DNA from: Candidatus Woesearchaeota archaeon
Lineage (GTDB): Archaea; Nanobdellota; Nanobdellia; SCGC-AAA011-G17; JAGVZF01
Direction of reading: 5' to 3'
Assembly (NCBI GenBank): GCA_016185565.1
Contig: JACPNH010000031.1
Span: 1 to 41,200, forward strand
DNA length: 41,200 nucleotides
The translations under genes and the position numbers were made by a program. Within the stretch, counting starts at the first letter, position 1; each line of letters begins with the position of its first letter. The notes beneath the pieces are model-generated. The model was not told where the DNA came from. It did not search any database and saw only the letters and a program-made list of their open reading frames with translations. Below, piece by piece: positions 19,201 to 27,364 of this stretch.

Positions 19201-20109
19201 ATTGAATCAATAAGAGTGATCGAAAACTTCGATGATTACGTGTATGATTTCTCTGTTCCAGAATGTGAAAGTTTTGTTTGCGAAAATATTATTGCTCACA
19301 ATACACTCGAGCTTCCAATAGAAGCATTAAGAAAATTAGGCTATAATATACAGCCGATGAAAGTAAGGGCAGCACTTGCCGTGGCAGGCGGAAGCGAGGT
19401 TAAAGCTGATGAAGGAATAAGGACGAGCTTGAGGATGGGTGATTCTAGTCTGATTGTAGGCGAAATTAGAAGCTTAGAAGCCTTAGCGCTTTTTGAAGCA
19501 ATGAGGGTTGGGGCTTTGGCAAATGTTGTTGCAGGAACAATCCATGGAGATAGTCCTTATGGAGTTTTTGACAGGTTAGTTAATGATTTGCAAGTCCCAA
19601 GAACGAGTTTTAAGGCTGCTGATATAATAATAATTGCAAATCCAATAAGGACTGCTGACGGACTTCATAAAAAAAGGAGAATTGTCAGCATAACAGAGGT
19701 AAGAAAAGAATGGGAAAAAGATCCTTTAAAGGAAAATGGCTTTGTTGAATTAATGAAATATAATCCAACTACAGACCAGCTTGAGTTTACTGACAACTTG
19801 ATTAATGGAGATTCAGATATTTTAAAAGCAATCGCTTCTAATGTAAAAGAATGGGCTGGAAATTGGGATGCTATTTGGGATAGTATAATGCTTAGAGCTT
19901 CTATTAAAAAGACTTTAGTTGAAACCTCAAATAAATTAAAAAAACCATTGTTACTAGAAGCAGGATTTGTTATAAAAAGCAATGATGAATTTCACAGAAT
20001 TTCTGATGAAGTTCGGGAAAAATATGGTTATATAGACTCAAAGAGAATATATTTTGAATGGAATGAATGGTTGAAAAAACAGATAAAATTGCAAAATATT
20101 TATGCTTAA
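16288..20109 (+). CDS. Type II/IV secretion (VirB11/PilB/ArlI-like) assembly ATPase containing an intein
   Basis: IQDISVNG, SGRPLDEANP, FRRH, Walker A GTRSSGKT, Asp box ISVED|TLEL split by the intein, Walker B LIVGEIR, His box AGTIHG; spliced product about 757 aa. Confidence 0.92.
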   Translation: MFTKKINPGGFELIKEGEEEVMKINYEGLSINPSLEDSDECMADTIDKLVQVPSVNRIIFFQRRNFEYGYEQTQILREIANIFSHLNRQKRLIYFINSLNYHAKSNELRIIIQSILKSDPIGAYVELKRLIREEKLILSRLTTKEETTLSKNYLQILEYVFNLLDKSKLIKSARHYLDGHALGNRFIYKSIFRASITPDFMLTRLAAEVPLDAIEVDAYKIDNDNEVTIYRTKDDIKYLYHINPIEFKISEDEYDLVETARQVLSEHQPKAEEFVNPEKIRQTFFNIGRDLITELAEHKNIDLDYEKIKKLAEILVRYTVGFGLIEILLKDEKIQDISVNGPIGETSVFIVHQDFEECITNIVPSKEDGQSWATKFRIISGRPLDEANPVLDTELIVPGAKARVAIISNPLNPLGLGYSFRRHRDNPWTLPLFINNSMINSLGAGLISFLVDGNRSLLVAGTRSSGKTSFLGSIMVEIMSKYRIISVEDSVTGDTEILIRKNKKIERTTVGKLIDCMILEYGSWYTLSGHEILGNYEDTEILAMNKEGKIIWTRFSKLIRHKTDKNIYEIWTRTGRRIKVTGDHSLFTSGINAQITAFKVKDCKIGNLIAVPRQFPATNKDTKSVIVLDYIHKLKGGYLYGEGLTNFIKYNKYEIIQLGKEYGNSKCTICRWLRKNLLPINIVKDLDSLGQKIQYADNIYYKSAHIGKGLPVKIDLDETFLTFIGLWLADGCYDKKSVILSVAEPENKEIFIKLAIRFGFNLKKHSDKFSIILNSSTLKEILMNVFNLKGNAYTKRIPGWAFTLSKNQISFILKGVYSGDGCVSDKEIVMSLASRKLLSDIQTLFLYFGIILRICQTPRKDNTFRSSISAHNFWRIFQHEIGILPSAKAEKLKILCSKKSSHDTSDILPLEMAEKEKLSLLLDNFNSFDYIKRNNSIGRTKLKQIVLQMSGNDQFTSNLCLLSNSDILWDRIESIRVIENFDDYVYDFSVPECESFVCENIIAHNTLELPIEALRKLGYNIQPMKVRAALAVAGGSEVKADEGIRTSLRMGDSSLIVGEIRSLEALALFEAMRVGALANVVAGTIHGDSPYGVFDRLVNDLQVPRTSFKAADIIIIANPIRTADGLHKKRRIVSITEVRKEWEKDPLKENGFVELMKYNPTTDQLEFTDNLINGDSDILKAIASNVKEWAGNWDAIWDSIMLRASIKKTLVETSNKLKKPLLLEAGFVIKSNDEFHRISDEVREKYGYIDSKRIYFEWNEWLKKQIKLQNIYA
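17755..19302 (+). mobile_element. Intein (516 aa, Ser1) with LAGLIDADG homing endonuclease
   Basis: Block A SVTGDTEILI, block B VTGDHSLF, LAGLIDADG-like FIGLWLADG and LKGVYSGDG, block F/G VYDFSVP...IIAHN followed by Thr+1. Confidence 0.92.
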
Positions 20110-20119
20110 AAGAGGTTGA

Positions 20120-22255
20120 ATGACAATTAATGATCAAGAGATACAGGAAATCCTGAATAAATATAGAGATCAACTGAGGTCCAAGGTTGGGAAAGTAGAT
20201 GTAGCTAGTTACACACCAAATAGAGATTTTTCAAGGGAGTATTTAATCTTCAGAAAAGAACTTCTTGGAAATAAAATAACTCTTTATGAAAAGCTTTGTA
20301 ATTTTTCTGAAAAAATTATTAAAATAAACCCTGATAAAAAAGAGATTACTTTCTTGAAGAAGAGCATAGAAGTAGCCCATTTCAACATTTCTTATATAGG
20401 CGTAGCTAGCTTTGCGACTTTAATAGGCTTTACTATTGTAGTTTTAGGATTAATTTATGGAATAATACAGTTTATTGCCACAAAAAGCGTATTGTCTTTA
20501 TTATTGCCGTTATTATTAATGTTATTTGGAGTTCTGTTGATAAGACCCTTAACAAAAATTCCAAATTATATTGCTTCTAGATGGCGATTAAAAGCAAGTA
20601 ACCAGATGGTGTTATGCATTTTGTATATTGTCATGTATATGAGGCATACTAGTAATTTAGAACACGCATTAAAGTTTGCCATTGATCATATACAAGAACC
20701 GCTAAGCCTCGATTTAAGAAAGGTTTTTTTTGATGTAGAAAATGGAAAATATGGTACATTAAAAGAAAGTCTTGATAATTACCTAGAGTCATGGAGAGAA
20801 TACAATCTAGAATTTGTTAATTCATTTCACTTAATAGAGGGTAGTTTGTATGAGCCAACAGAGTCCAGAAGAATTGAATTATTAGATAAGAGTTTAGATC
20901 TAATATTGACAGGAACTTATGAAAAGATGCTTCATTATGCTCAGAATTTAAAGAATCCAATAACAATGATACACATGCTTGGAGTTGTATTGCCTATTCT
21001 TGGATTAGTAATATTACCTTTAGTAAGCTCTTTTATTAAACAAGCGTCTGTAGACACTAAAATAACATTTTTGGTATTTTTATATAATATATTTTTGCCC
21101 ATTACTGTATATATACTTGGAAGTAATCTTCTAAGCAAAAGACCTACAGGATATGGAGAGTCTATAGTGAGCATAAAAAATAAGGGAAATGTGTTTATTT
21201 CCTTAGTGATAGTTTCTTTTTTTGTTTTTATAGGATTACTGCCTATATTATTGTATGCTATAAACAATCAAACTGAGTTTAATTTTGGATTATTTGGAAA
21301 GTTTTTTGATTATAAATGCTTTGATGAGATATGCAGGGGTCCATATGGAGTAGGATCTTTGATATTTAGTCTGTTTGTTCCATTTGGAATAGCATTTGGA
21401 TTGGGGTATTACTTTAAATCAAAAACAAAGCAATCAATAAAAATAAGAGAAGAAACTAAAATACTTGAGCAAGAATTTTCTGGAAGTTTGTTCCAACTGG
21501 GAAATAGGATAGGGGACGGAGTTCCTTCAGAGGTTGCAATTGAGAATATTGCAGATAACATGAAGGGAACCCCTACTGGAAACTTTTTTAGAACAGTTTC
21601 AAATAATATAAGAAATCTTGGACAGAATGTTGAGGAAGCTATTTTTAATTTGAAAAATGGAGCTATATTGAGGTACCAAAGTCCATTAGTTGAAAGTTCA
21701 ATGGAAGTTTTAGTTGAAAGTTCAAGAAAAGGACCTAGTGTAGTGGCTAGAAGCTTAATTAGCATAAGCAATTATGTAAGCCAGATACATAGTGTTAATG
21801 AAAGATTAAAGGATTTATTAAGCGACGTAATTTCTAGTATGAGAAGCCAAATAAGTTTTTTAGCGCCTGTAATAGCAGCTATAGTCGTAGGAATTGCATC
21901 GATGATTGTTAATGTTATAGGAAAGCTTGGCGATTTAGTAGCGAATGCAAACCTTGAATCTACTTCAGATATTCCAACCGGAGGATTAGATGCTATTAGC
22001 GGATTTTTAAGTATTTATGACACAATCCCCGGATATTTTTTTCAGATAATAATAGGGCTTTATGTAGTTGAAATTGTGTATGTGCTTACTGTTCTAGCCA
22101 ATGGCATCGAGAATGGTGCGGATAAAGTAAATGAACAGTACTTGCTAGGGAAAAATCTGCAGAATAGTGTTTTATTGTACATTGCAGTAGCATTAATTGT
22201 TATTTTAATATTTAATGCATTGGCTTCTTTAGTTTTAACAGCAACTAATATTTAG
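20120..22255 (+). CDS. Type IV pilus membrane platform protein (TadB/TadC/ArlJ, T2SSF-like)
   Basis: 711 aa, two cytoplasmic helical domains alternating with TM bundles (SNLEHAL; GDGVPSEVA), directly after the ATPase. Confidence 0.82.
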   Translation: MTINDQEIQEILNKYRDQLRSKVGKVDVASYTPNRDFSREYLIFRKELLGNKITLYEKLCNFSEKIIKINPDKKEITFLKKSIEVAHFNISYIGVASFATLIGFTIVVLGLIYGIIQFIATKSVLSLLLPLLLMLFGVLLIRPLTKIPNYIASRWRLKASNQMVLCILYIVMYMRHTSNLEHALKFAIDHIQEPLSLDLRKVFFDVENGKYGTLKESLDNYLESWREYNLEFVNSFHLIEGSLYEPTESRRIELLDKSLDLILTGTYEKMLHYAQNLKNPITMIHMLGVVLPILGLVILPLVSSFIKQASVDTKITFLVFLYNIFLPITVYILGSNLLSKRPTGYGESIVSIKNKGNVFISLVIVSFFVFIGLLPILLYAINNQTEFNFGLFGKFFDYKCFDEICRGPYGVGSLIFSLFVPFGIAFGLGYYFKSKTKQSIKIREETKILEQEFSGSLFQLGNRIGDGVPSEVAIENIADNMKGTPTGNFFRTVSNNIRNLGQNVEEAIFNLKNGAILRYQSPLVESSMEVLVESSRKGPSVVARSLISISNYVSQIHSVNERLKDLLSDVISSMRSQISFLAPVIAAIVVGIASMIVNVIGKLGDLVANANLESTSDIPTGGLDAISGFLSIYDTIPGYFFQIIIGLYVVEIVYVLTVLANGIENGADKVNEQYLLGKNLQNSVLLYIAVALIVILIFNALASLVLTATNI

Positions 22256-22289
22256 GAAGATTTAAATATATTATTTCAGTTTTTTGTAT

Positions 22290-22403
22290 ATGGATAAAAG
22301 AGGTATGGAATCAAAAACCTTAGTTATGCTGATTTTGGTTATATTGGCTATTATTATAATAGGTTCAATTTTGATAAGCATATTAAAAAATGTTCTCAAA
22401 TAA
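22290..22403 (+). CDS. Minimal prepilin-like peptide (37 aa), below ORF-track cutoff
   Basis: MDKRG|MESKTLVMLILVILAIIIIGSILISILKNVLK*; class III signal; TATA-like TTTAAATA at 22261. Confidence 0.72.
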   Translation: MDKRGMESKTLVMLILVILAIIIIGSILISILKNVLK

Positions 22404-23265
22404 AGAAGGTGTTGTAGACAAGGCTTTAGTAGAATTTTTAATAGCGGTTGTAGTGATAATAGTTTTGGGACTTGTTTTAGTCGGGTTTAAAAATATAGGT
22501 AAAGATGTGAGTAATAGAGAAACTTGTAGAGCAAGTGTTCTAGCCAATGAAAAACGTTTGGAAGTAGCAGGAACTGAGCTAACTCCTGGATTAACTGATT
22601 TAAAATGTCCTACACAAAAAATTACTGTAAAGGACCCAGAAAAAATAAAATTAATTTTAGCCAATCAAATGTATGACTGCTGGGATAAGTTTGGCCGCGG
22701 GAAGATAAAATTCTTAGACCCAGAAATAGGAACTTATTGTATAATTTGTTCTAAAATAAACTTTGAAGATGAGGCTAAGGGGAAAGAATTAGGCGGATTT
22801 TTAGGTTATTTAGCAGAAACTAAAATAAGGGATGATAGAGGGAATCCTGTGCCTGGAATAGATTATACTTACATAAGATTTTTAACCGATTACGAGACTA
22901 AACAAGATGAATTGGAAAAAATAAAAGCTGTACAAGATGATATTATAAATACTAATAACGATTACGCTGTTATGTTTCTTTATTATAAACAACAACTATT
23001 AGGGAAGCCTGAAAATGCTGCTCTAGGAGGGGTTACAGGATGTGTATTGGGGGGTTTGGTTGGAGTAGGAGCCATAATTTTTTCTGGTGGTAGTTTAATG
23101 CCTGTTCTTGCTCCTATATACGCATCAACCTGTGCTGGAGGCATAGTAGCTGGCGGATCTATTGGTTGGTTGTTAGGAAATGATCCTGGAGCAGAGTGGG
23201 CAGCTAGAGTTGTAACAGTGCCCTATCAAGATATAGATAAACTAGGGTGTACGAGTTTAGAATGA
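22390..23265 (+). CDS. Prepilin-like protein with Cys-rich domain and Gly-zipper hairpin
   Basis: MFSNKEG|VVDKALVEFLIAVVVIIVL; several Cys; second hydrophobic Gly-rich segment near the C-terminus. Confidence 0.75.
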   Translation: MFSNKEGVVDKALVEFLIAVVVIIVLGLVLVGFKNIGKDVSNRETCRASVLANEKRLEVAGTELTPGLTDLKCPTQKITVKDPEKIKLILANQMYDCWDKFGRGKIKFLDPEIGTYCIICSKINFEDEAKGKELGGFLGYLAETKIRDDRGNPVPGIDYTYIRFLTDYETKQDELEKIKAVQDDIINTNNDYAVMFLYYKQQLLGKPENAALGGVTGCVLGGLVGVGAIIFSGGSLMPVLAPIYASTCAGGIVAGGSIGWLLGNDPGAEWAARVVTVPYQDIDKLGCTSLE

Positions 23266-23429
23266 AAATAAGAAATAAAAAAGGAGAAATAGAAATAGAT
23301 CAATTAGTAATTTGGATATTGGCAGCATTAGTAGTTGCGCTTTTAATAATTATAATATTTAGACAAAAAGAGAATATCTTAGAGTTTTTGACGAATTTTG
23401 GAAATATATTGAGGTTTGGTGGAGGATAA
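23262..23429 (+). CDS. Short prepilin-like protein (55 aa)
   Basis: MKIRNKKG|EIEIDQLVIWILAALVVALLIII; ATGA overlap with the upstream stop. Confidence 0.78.
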   Translation: MKIRNKKGEIEIDQLVIWILAALVVALLIIIIFRQKENILEFLTNFGNILRFGGG

Positions 23430-23983
23430 TGGTTGAAAGTGGTTTTAATAGAATTATAGCAATCATTTTAGGAATATTAGTTTTGATAGCTGTAGTTTTT
23501 GTGTTGTTAAACATAAACAAGTTGGCGAATTATAATCCCTTTAAATCTGTGACTGATAATACTCAAACTAATGATGATGCAAAAAATGAATTTTCTCGCT
23601 TTAAAGATATTTTAAATAACTGCATATCAAAGCAAAGTAATGATTGTTTTTGCACTAAAGAGAAAATTATTTTTCCAACCGATTACAGGCTTGAAATAAA
23701 GAATGATGGAAATTTTAAAGCACAGATAAACCTTTTATCAAATACAAAACAAAGATTAGACAGCATTAATTTGCAAGTCGAAGCATGCAACTTAATAAAA
23801 AAAGTTAATAACGAAAATATAGACAATACATTATCATTACATTATGCTTCGAAATACGAAATTGAGTTTAAAAGGAAAAAGTACGAATTCTTGCCGGATT
23901 ATACTTTTTATAAGAAAAATAATAAGATATGCATTGTAGACAAAGAAATGGCTAATAATCTTGATAAGGACTCATTGTGCTAA
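23429..23983 (+). CDS. Membrane-anchored, pilin-like Cys-containing protein
   Basis: N-terminal TM helix after MVESG (lacks the usual basic residues); six Cys; GGAGG SD-like motif. Confidence 0.65.
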   Translation: MVESGFNRIIAIILGILVLIAVVFVLLNINKLANYNPFKSVTDNTQTNDDAKNEFSRFKDILNNCISKQSNDCFCTKEKIIFPTDYRLEIKNDGNFKAQINLLSNTKQRLDSINLQVEACNLIKKVNNENIDNTLSLHYASKYEIEFKRKKYEFLPDYTFYKKNNKICIVDKEMANNLDKDSLC

Positions 23984-24034
23984 AAAAATTGAACCAAAAA
24001 CCTTAAATATTAAATAATGTTAAATCAGTACAGT

Positions 24035-24394
24035 ATGAATTTAAGAAATGATAAAAGAGGTATCGAACTTTCTATGAATGTTATAATAATTGCAATTATT
24101 CTTGTTATTGTGCTTGTTATTGTGGTGTTGTTTTTCACAGGGGGGGTTACGAACGCCATTTCTAGGATTAAGAGTTTATTAGGAACACAAACTATAGACA
24201 CTAGTACTGCCATACTAAGATGTAATACATTCTGTGAGTCTTATCAAAATACTAATAACATAATATATCAAAGAAACTATTGTGGACAAGAGAAGTTTGA
24301 TATCGATACTAATGGAGATGGTAAGGTGGATAGGTCTGATATCACATGTACTGACTTAGGGGTTAGTTGTTCGGCAATAACATGCGGTGCTTAA
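24035..24394 (+). CDS. Prepilin, candidate major pilin
   Basis: MNLRNDKRG|IELSMNVIIIAIILVIVLVIVVLFFTGG; Cys-rich head with DTNGDGKVD loop; own TATA-like box near 24002. Confidence 0.8.
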   Translation: MNLRNDKRGIELSMNVIIIAIILVIVLVIVVLFFTGGVTNAISRIKSLLGTQTIDTSTAILRCNTFCESYQNTNNIIYQRNYCGQEKFDIDTNGDGKVDRSDITCTDLGVSCSAITCGA

Positions 24395-24401
24395 TTTTAA
24401 A

Positions 24402-24587
24402 ATGCGTAAAAATGCAGAGGAATTATCTTTACAAACTATAGTAATTTTTATTATTATAATCATAGTTCTTGTTGTTATTATTTTGGCGTTTAATGGCCAA
24501 TTTTCAGGTATAGCAAACTTTTTTTCAAATATAGTTAACTCTTTAGTTAGTTCTGATACATCTGCTGAAGAAATTATTAATAAATAA
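24402..24587 (+). CDS. Short prepilin-like protein
   Basis: MRKNA|EELSLQTIVIFIIIIIVLVVIILAF; N-terminal helix resembles that of the preceding pilin. Confidence 0.75.
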   Translation: MRKNAEELSLQTIVIFIIIIIVLVVIILAFNGQFSGIANFFSNIVNSLVSSDTSAEEIINK

Positions 24588-24588
24588 A

Positions 24589-25143
24589 ATGAATAAAATG
24601 AATAAAAAAGGAGTTGAAGCTCATACACTTTTGGAATCTGGTTTGATAGTCTTAGCTGCCTTTCTTGTTTTATTTTTGATTTATGTTGGGATTCAAGTTG
24701 GTCAAGCATTTTTTGTATCAAAAGATGCAGAAATAAAAAAATCATTCAATAATTTAGTTGAGGATATAGATTCTGTTATAGTTAGTGGAAAAGAAATTAT
24801 AGTTCCCATTTATTTAACGAATAAATATGACCTTGTAGCTTTCGACAGTCAAGGTCATAAATCTGGACCTTATGAAAAGCCAACCGAATGTGGACTAACT
24901 TACTGTATTGTGATATGCAAAAAAGGAATAGTAGGATTAATAGATAATTGCAAACCCCCTATTTCTTTTAAAGTTTATGAAATAGAGATATTATTTGATA
25001 AAGACAAGCCAGTATTAATTTATGGCATTGATGGAATAGTTTTAGTGAATGTTACAAAAGTAGACAACAAGATATCTATCAAGCAACAAACTACAACAAG
25101 CGATGTAACAAAACAACTCTATAAACAAGGTTTTGGCGGCTAA
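24589..25143 (+). CDS. Prepilin-like protein
   Basis: MNKMNKKG|VEAHTLLESGLIVLAAFLVLFL; Cys pairs. Confidence 0.78.
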   Translation: MNKMNKKGVEAHTLLESGLIVLAAFLVLFLIYVGIQVGQAFFVSKDAEIKKSFNNLVEDIDSVIVSGKEIIVPIYLTNKYDLVAFDSQGHKSGPYEKPTECGLTYCIVICKKGIVGLIDNCKPPISFKVYEIEILFDKDKPVLIYGIDGIVLVNVTKVDNKISIKQQTTTSDVTKQLYKQGFGG

Positions 25144-25183
25144 GCTAAAAATATTTATATACCTATAAATCAGGATTTATTTT

Positions 25184-25579
25184 ATGGAAAAAAGAGGAGC
25201 TATAACAGAAACTAGTTTTGCCATATTTGGTATTTTTGCAGTGGCATTAATATTGGTTGTTCTTATTAATTATATCAACAATATAAGTAATGATAACGAT
25301 TTTAAGCAGAGGTATATAGTTAGAGATAATGGACTTTTACTAGAAACAATGCAGAATAGCCCTGGAGATATATTTGTAGATTATAAATTAGGCAATGTTT
25401 ACCAATATATAATAAATAGAGATGATAATTCTATATTAATAAAATCAAAGAATATAGAGATTGGGAAGAAATATTTTTTTGTAGATAATAAATTAATTCA
25501 ACTAAACTCAAGACTTTTAGAAACAGATTATTTGATATTTGAAAAAAATGAATCTAAGATAGATATACGAGGTGGATAG
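25184..25579 (+). CDS. Prepilin-like protein (minor pilin)
   Basis: MEKRG|AITETSFAIFGIFAVALILVVL; TATA-like TTTATATA at 25154. Confidence 0.78.
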   Translation: MEKRGAITETSFAIFGIFAVALILVVLINYINNISNDNDFKQRYIVRDNGLLLETMQNSPGDIFVDYKLGNVYQYIINRDDNSILIKSKNIEIGKKYFFVDNKLIQLNSRLLETDYLIFEKNESKIDIRGG

Positions 25580-25584
25580 ACAAG

Positions 25585-26082
25585 ATGAAAAAAGGGGTAA
25601 TCTCTGCTGAGGTACTTGTTTGGCTTTATAGGCTTTTAATGTTGGTTTTTGTAGTGATGTTTATTTACTTAATTATAAATGCTTATTTAACTAGATCTAT
25701 TGATACTAACTATTTAGAGGCCTCTGTTTTGTTTTCAAGGCTGATTTATGGAAATAATTGTATTCTTTATAATAATGAGATCAAGGATCAACCAGGAATA
25801 TTGGATTTAAACAAAATAACCGAAAATGACCTTAATAAATGTTTTTCTATTAAGAATAGGGATATTGGTTTTGATGTTAAGCTGCTTAGTGATGATGGAC
25901 AAGTATTAAAGGATGTTATAATTAATAAAGATTTTTTTGATTTAAATGTAGCTTGCAACATAAAGAGGTCTAGGGTTTATTGCGATAATTTTAGAGATTA
26001 TATACTTTATTATGATGGAACTGAGTTTTTGGCCGGGGTTTTAACTTTCGAGGTTGTGATTGCAAATGAACAAAAAAGGTAG
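25585..26082 (+). CDS. Prepilin-like protein
   Basis: MKKG|VISAEVLVWLYRLLMLVFVV with Glu at +5. Confidence 0.78.
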   Translation: MKKGVISAEVLVWLYRLLMLVFVVMFIYLIINAYLTRSIDTNYLEASVLFSRLIYGNNCILYNNEIKDQPGILDLNKITENDLNKCFSIKNRDIGFDVKLLSDDGQVLKDVIINKDFFDLNVACNIKRSRVYCDNFRDYILYYDGTEFLAGVLTFEVVIANEQKR

Positions 26083-26569
26083 CTTGGCAGAAGTTTTAGT
26101 TGAACTATTTGCAATTTTTGTTATTGCTATAATATTAATTAGTTTTTGGTATTTAATGGTTTTTTCACCAAAAGAAAAAATAAAAAGAGGAATAGTAGAG
26201 GTTACAAATAAACAAGAGAAATTAACTCTCTTGGACTTATTAAAAACTTCTATAAGATATGATTTTGATAATGATTTAGTCTTAGATGACGGGAATATAG
26301 CAGATTTGATAGTTTATTCATATAAAAAGGGTAATTATGATGATTTTAAGAAAATAACAGAAGAAAAAATAGGGCTTTTGTTCGATGGAACAAAATGTAG
26401 TTTTTATCTAGGAATTTTTGAAGATGATAAATTAATAGTTTCTATGGGTTCTCTGTCCTTTAAGACATCTGTTCAAACAGCAAACGCAATAATACCAATA
26501 GCCGAAAAAAAATTTTTATATATAAATTATGAAGATGATCTTTCTGATTATAGGAGTGGTGGTTGCTAA
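26066..26569 (+). CDS. Prepilin-like protein
   Basis: MNKKG|SLAEVLVELFAIFVIAIILI. Confidence 0.78.
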   Translation: MNKKGSLAEVLVELFAIFVIAIILISFWYLMVFSPKEKIKRGIVEVTNKQEKLTLLDLLKTSIRYDFDNDLVLDDGNIADLIVYSYKKGNYDDFKKITEEKIGLLFDGTKCSFYLGIFEDDKLIVSMGSLSFKTSVQTANAIIPIAEKKFLYINYEDDLSDYRSGGC

Positions 26570-27327
26570 TGATAAATAGAAGAGGGAGCATTTTTTATAG
26601 CCCATTTCTTGTTTTAGCCCTATTAGTAATTCTTACTTACACAGGATTTAAATTTTTGACTATAGAGACAGGGATTCAAACTCAGATGATAGGAACGTTA
26701 CAAATAGACCTTTTGAATATTTATAATTCTGCAGAGAAATATCAATTTTTTATACAACAAAGTGCTAAATATGCTCAAACAAATGCAATTGTAGAGTTTT
26801 ATAATAATGGTGGCTATTATAAAAGCGGCTGTGGCAATGTAAAAGGGTATAATTTATGGGTAAAAGGGAGCTTAAATTGCTTTCTTGATAAAAATACAAT
26901 TATCAATGAATTTGGCAAGATGTACAGTGACAAAATAAATGAATATGCCACTGACTTCAAAGCGGCAGACCTAAAAAATAATTATGGGGTAAAATTAGAT
27001 AATGGAGATTTTGTTATCAAAGGGAGTGAAATTTTGATTGCAAAAGACAGCATAAAATATTATGTTAAGCCAGAATTTAAGATAAGATCAGAAGATGAAT
27101 TAGAATTTATTAATGTGATAACAGACAAGGTGAAATCAAATATCAATTTATGTATGGATGATACAAACTGTTGGGAGAAGTTAGATAGCTCTTTTAAAGT
27201 AACAAAAAGCAACAGGGTAGTGTATTTTGATATAGAAACAAAAAATAAAGTTGGTTTTTTTGAGAAAAAGCCTTTGGTGTTGATGTTTGCACTAGATTTT
27301 AATGAATACAATCCTTTATTTATATAA
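26569..27327 (+). CDS. Prepilin-like protein
   Basis: MINRRG|SIFYSPFLVLALLVIL; TAATG overlap with the upstream gene. Confidence 0.75.
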   Translation: MINRRGSIFYSPFLVLALLVILTYTGFKFLTIETGIQTQMIGTLQIDLLNIYNSAEKYQFFIQQSAKYAQTNAIVEFYNNGGYYKSGCGNVKGYNLWVKGSLNCFLDKNTIINEFGKMYSDKINEYATDFKAADLKNNYGVKLDNGDFVIKGSEILIAKDSIKYYVKPEFKIRSEDELEFINVITDKVKSNINLCMDDTNCWEKLDSSFKVTKSNRVVYFDIETKNKVGFFEKKPLVLMFALDFNEYNPLFI

Positions 27328-27364
27328 TAAAGTATATAAATAACTTAGATTTTTAATGTGTAAA

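Noticed and set aside
16288..22255. Archaellum operon (arlI/arlJ)
   Set aside because: No archaellins, arlH or arlF/G in the window.
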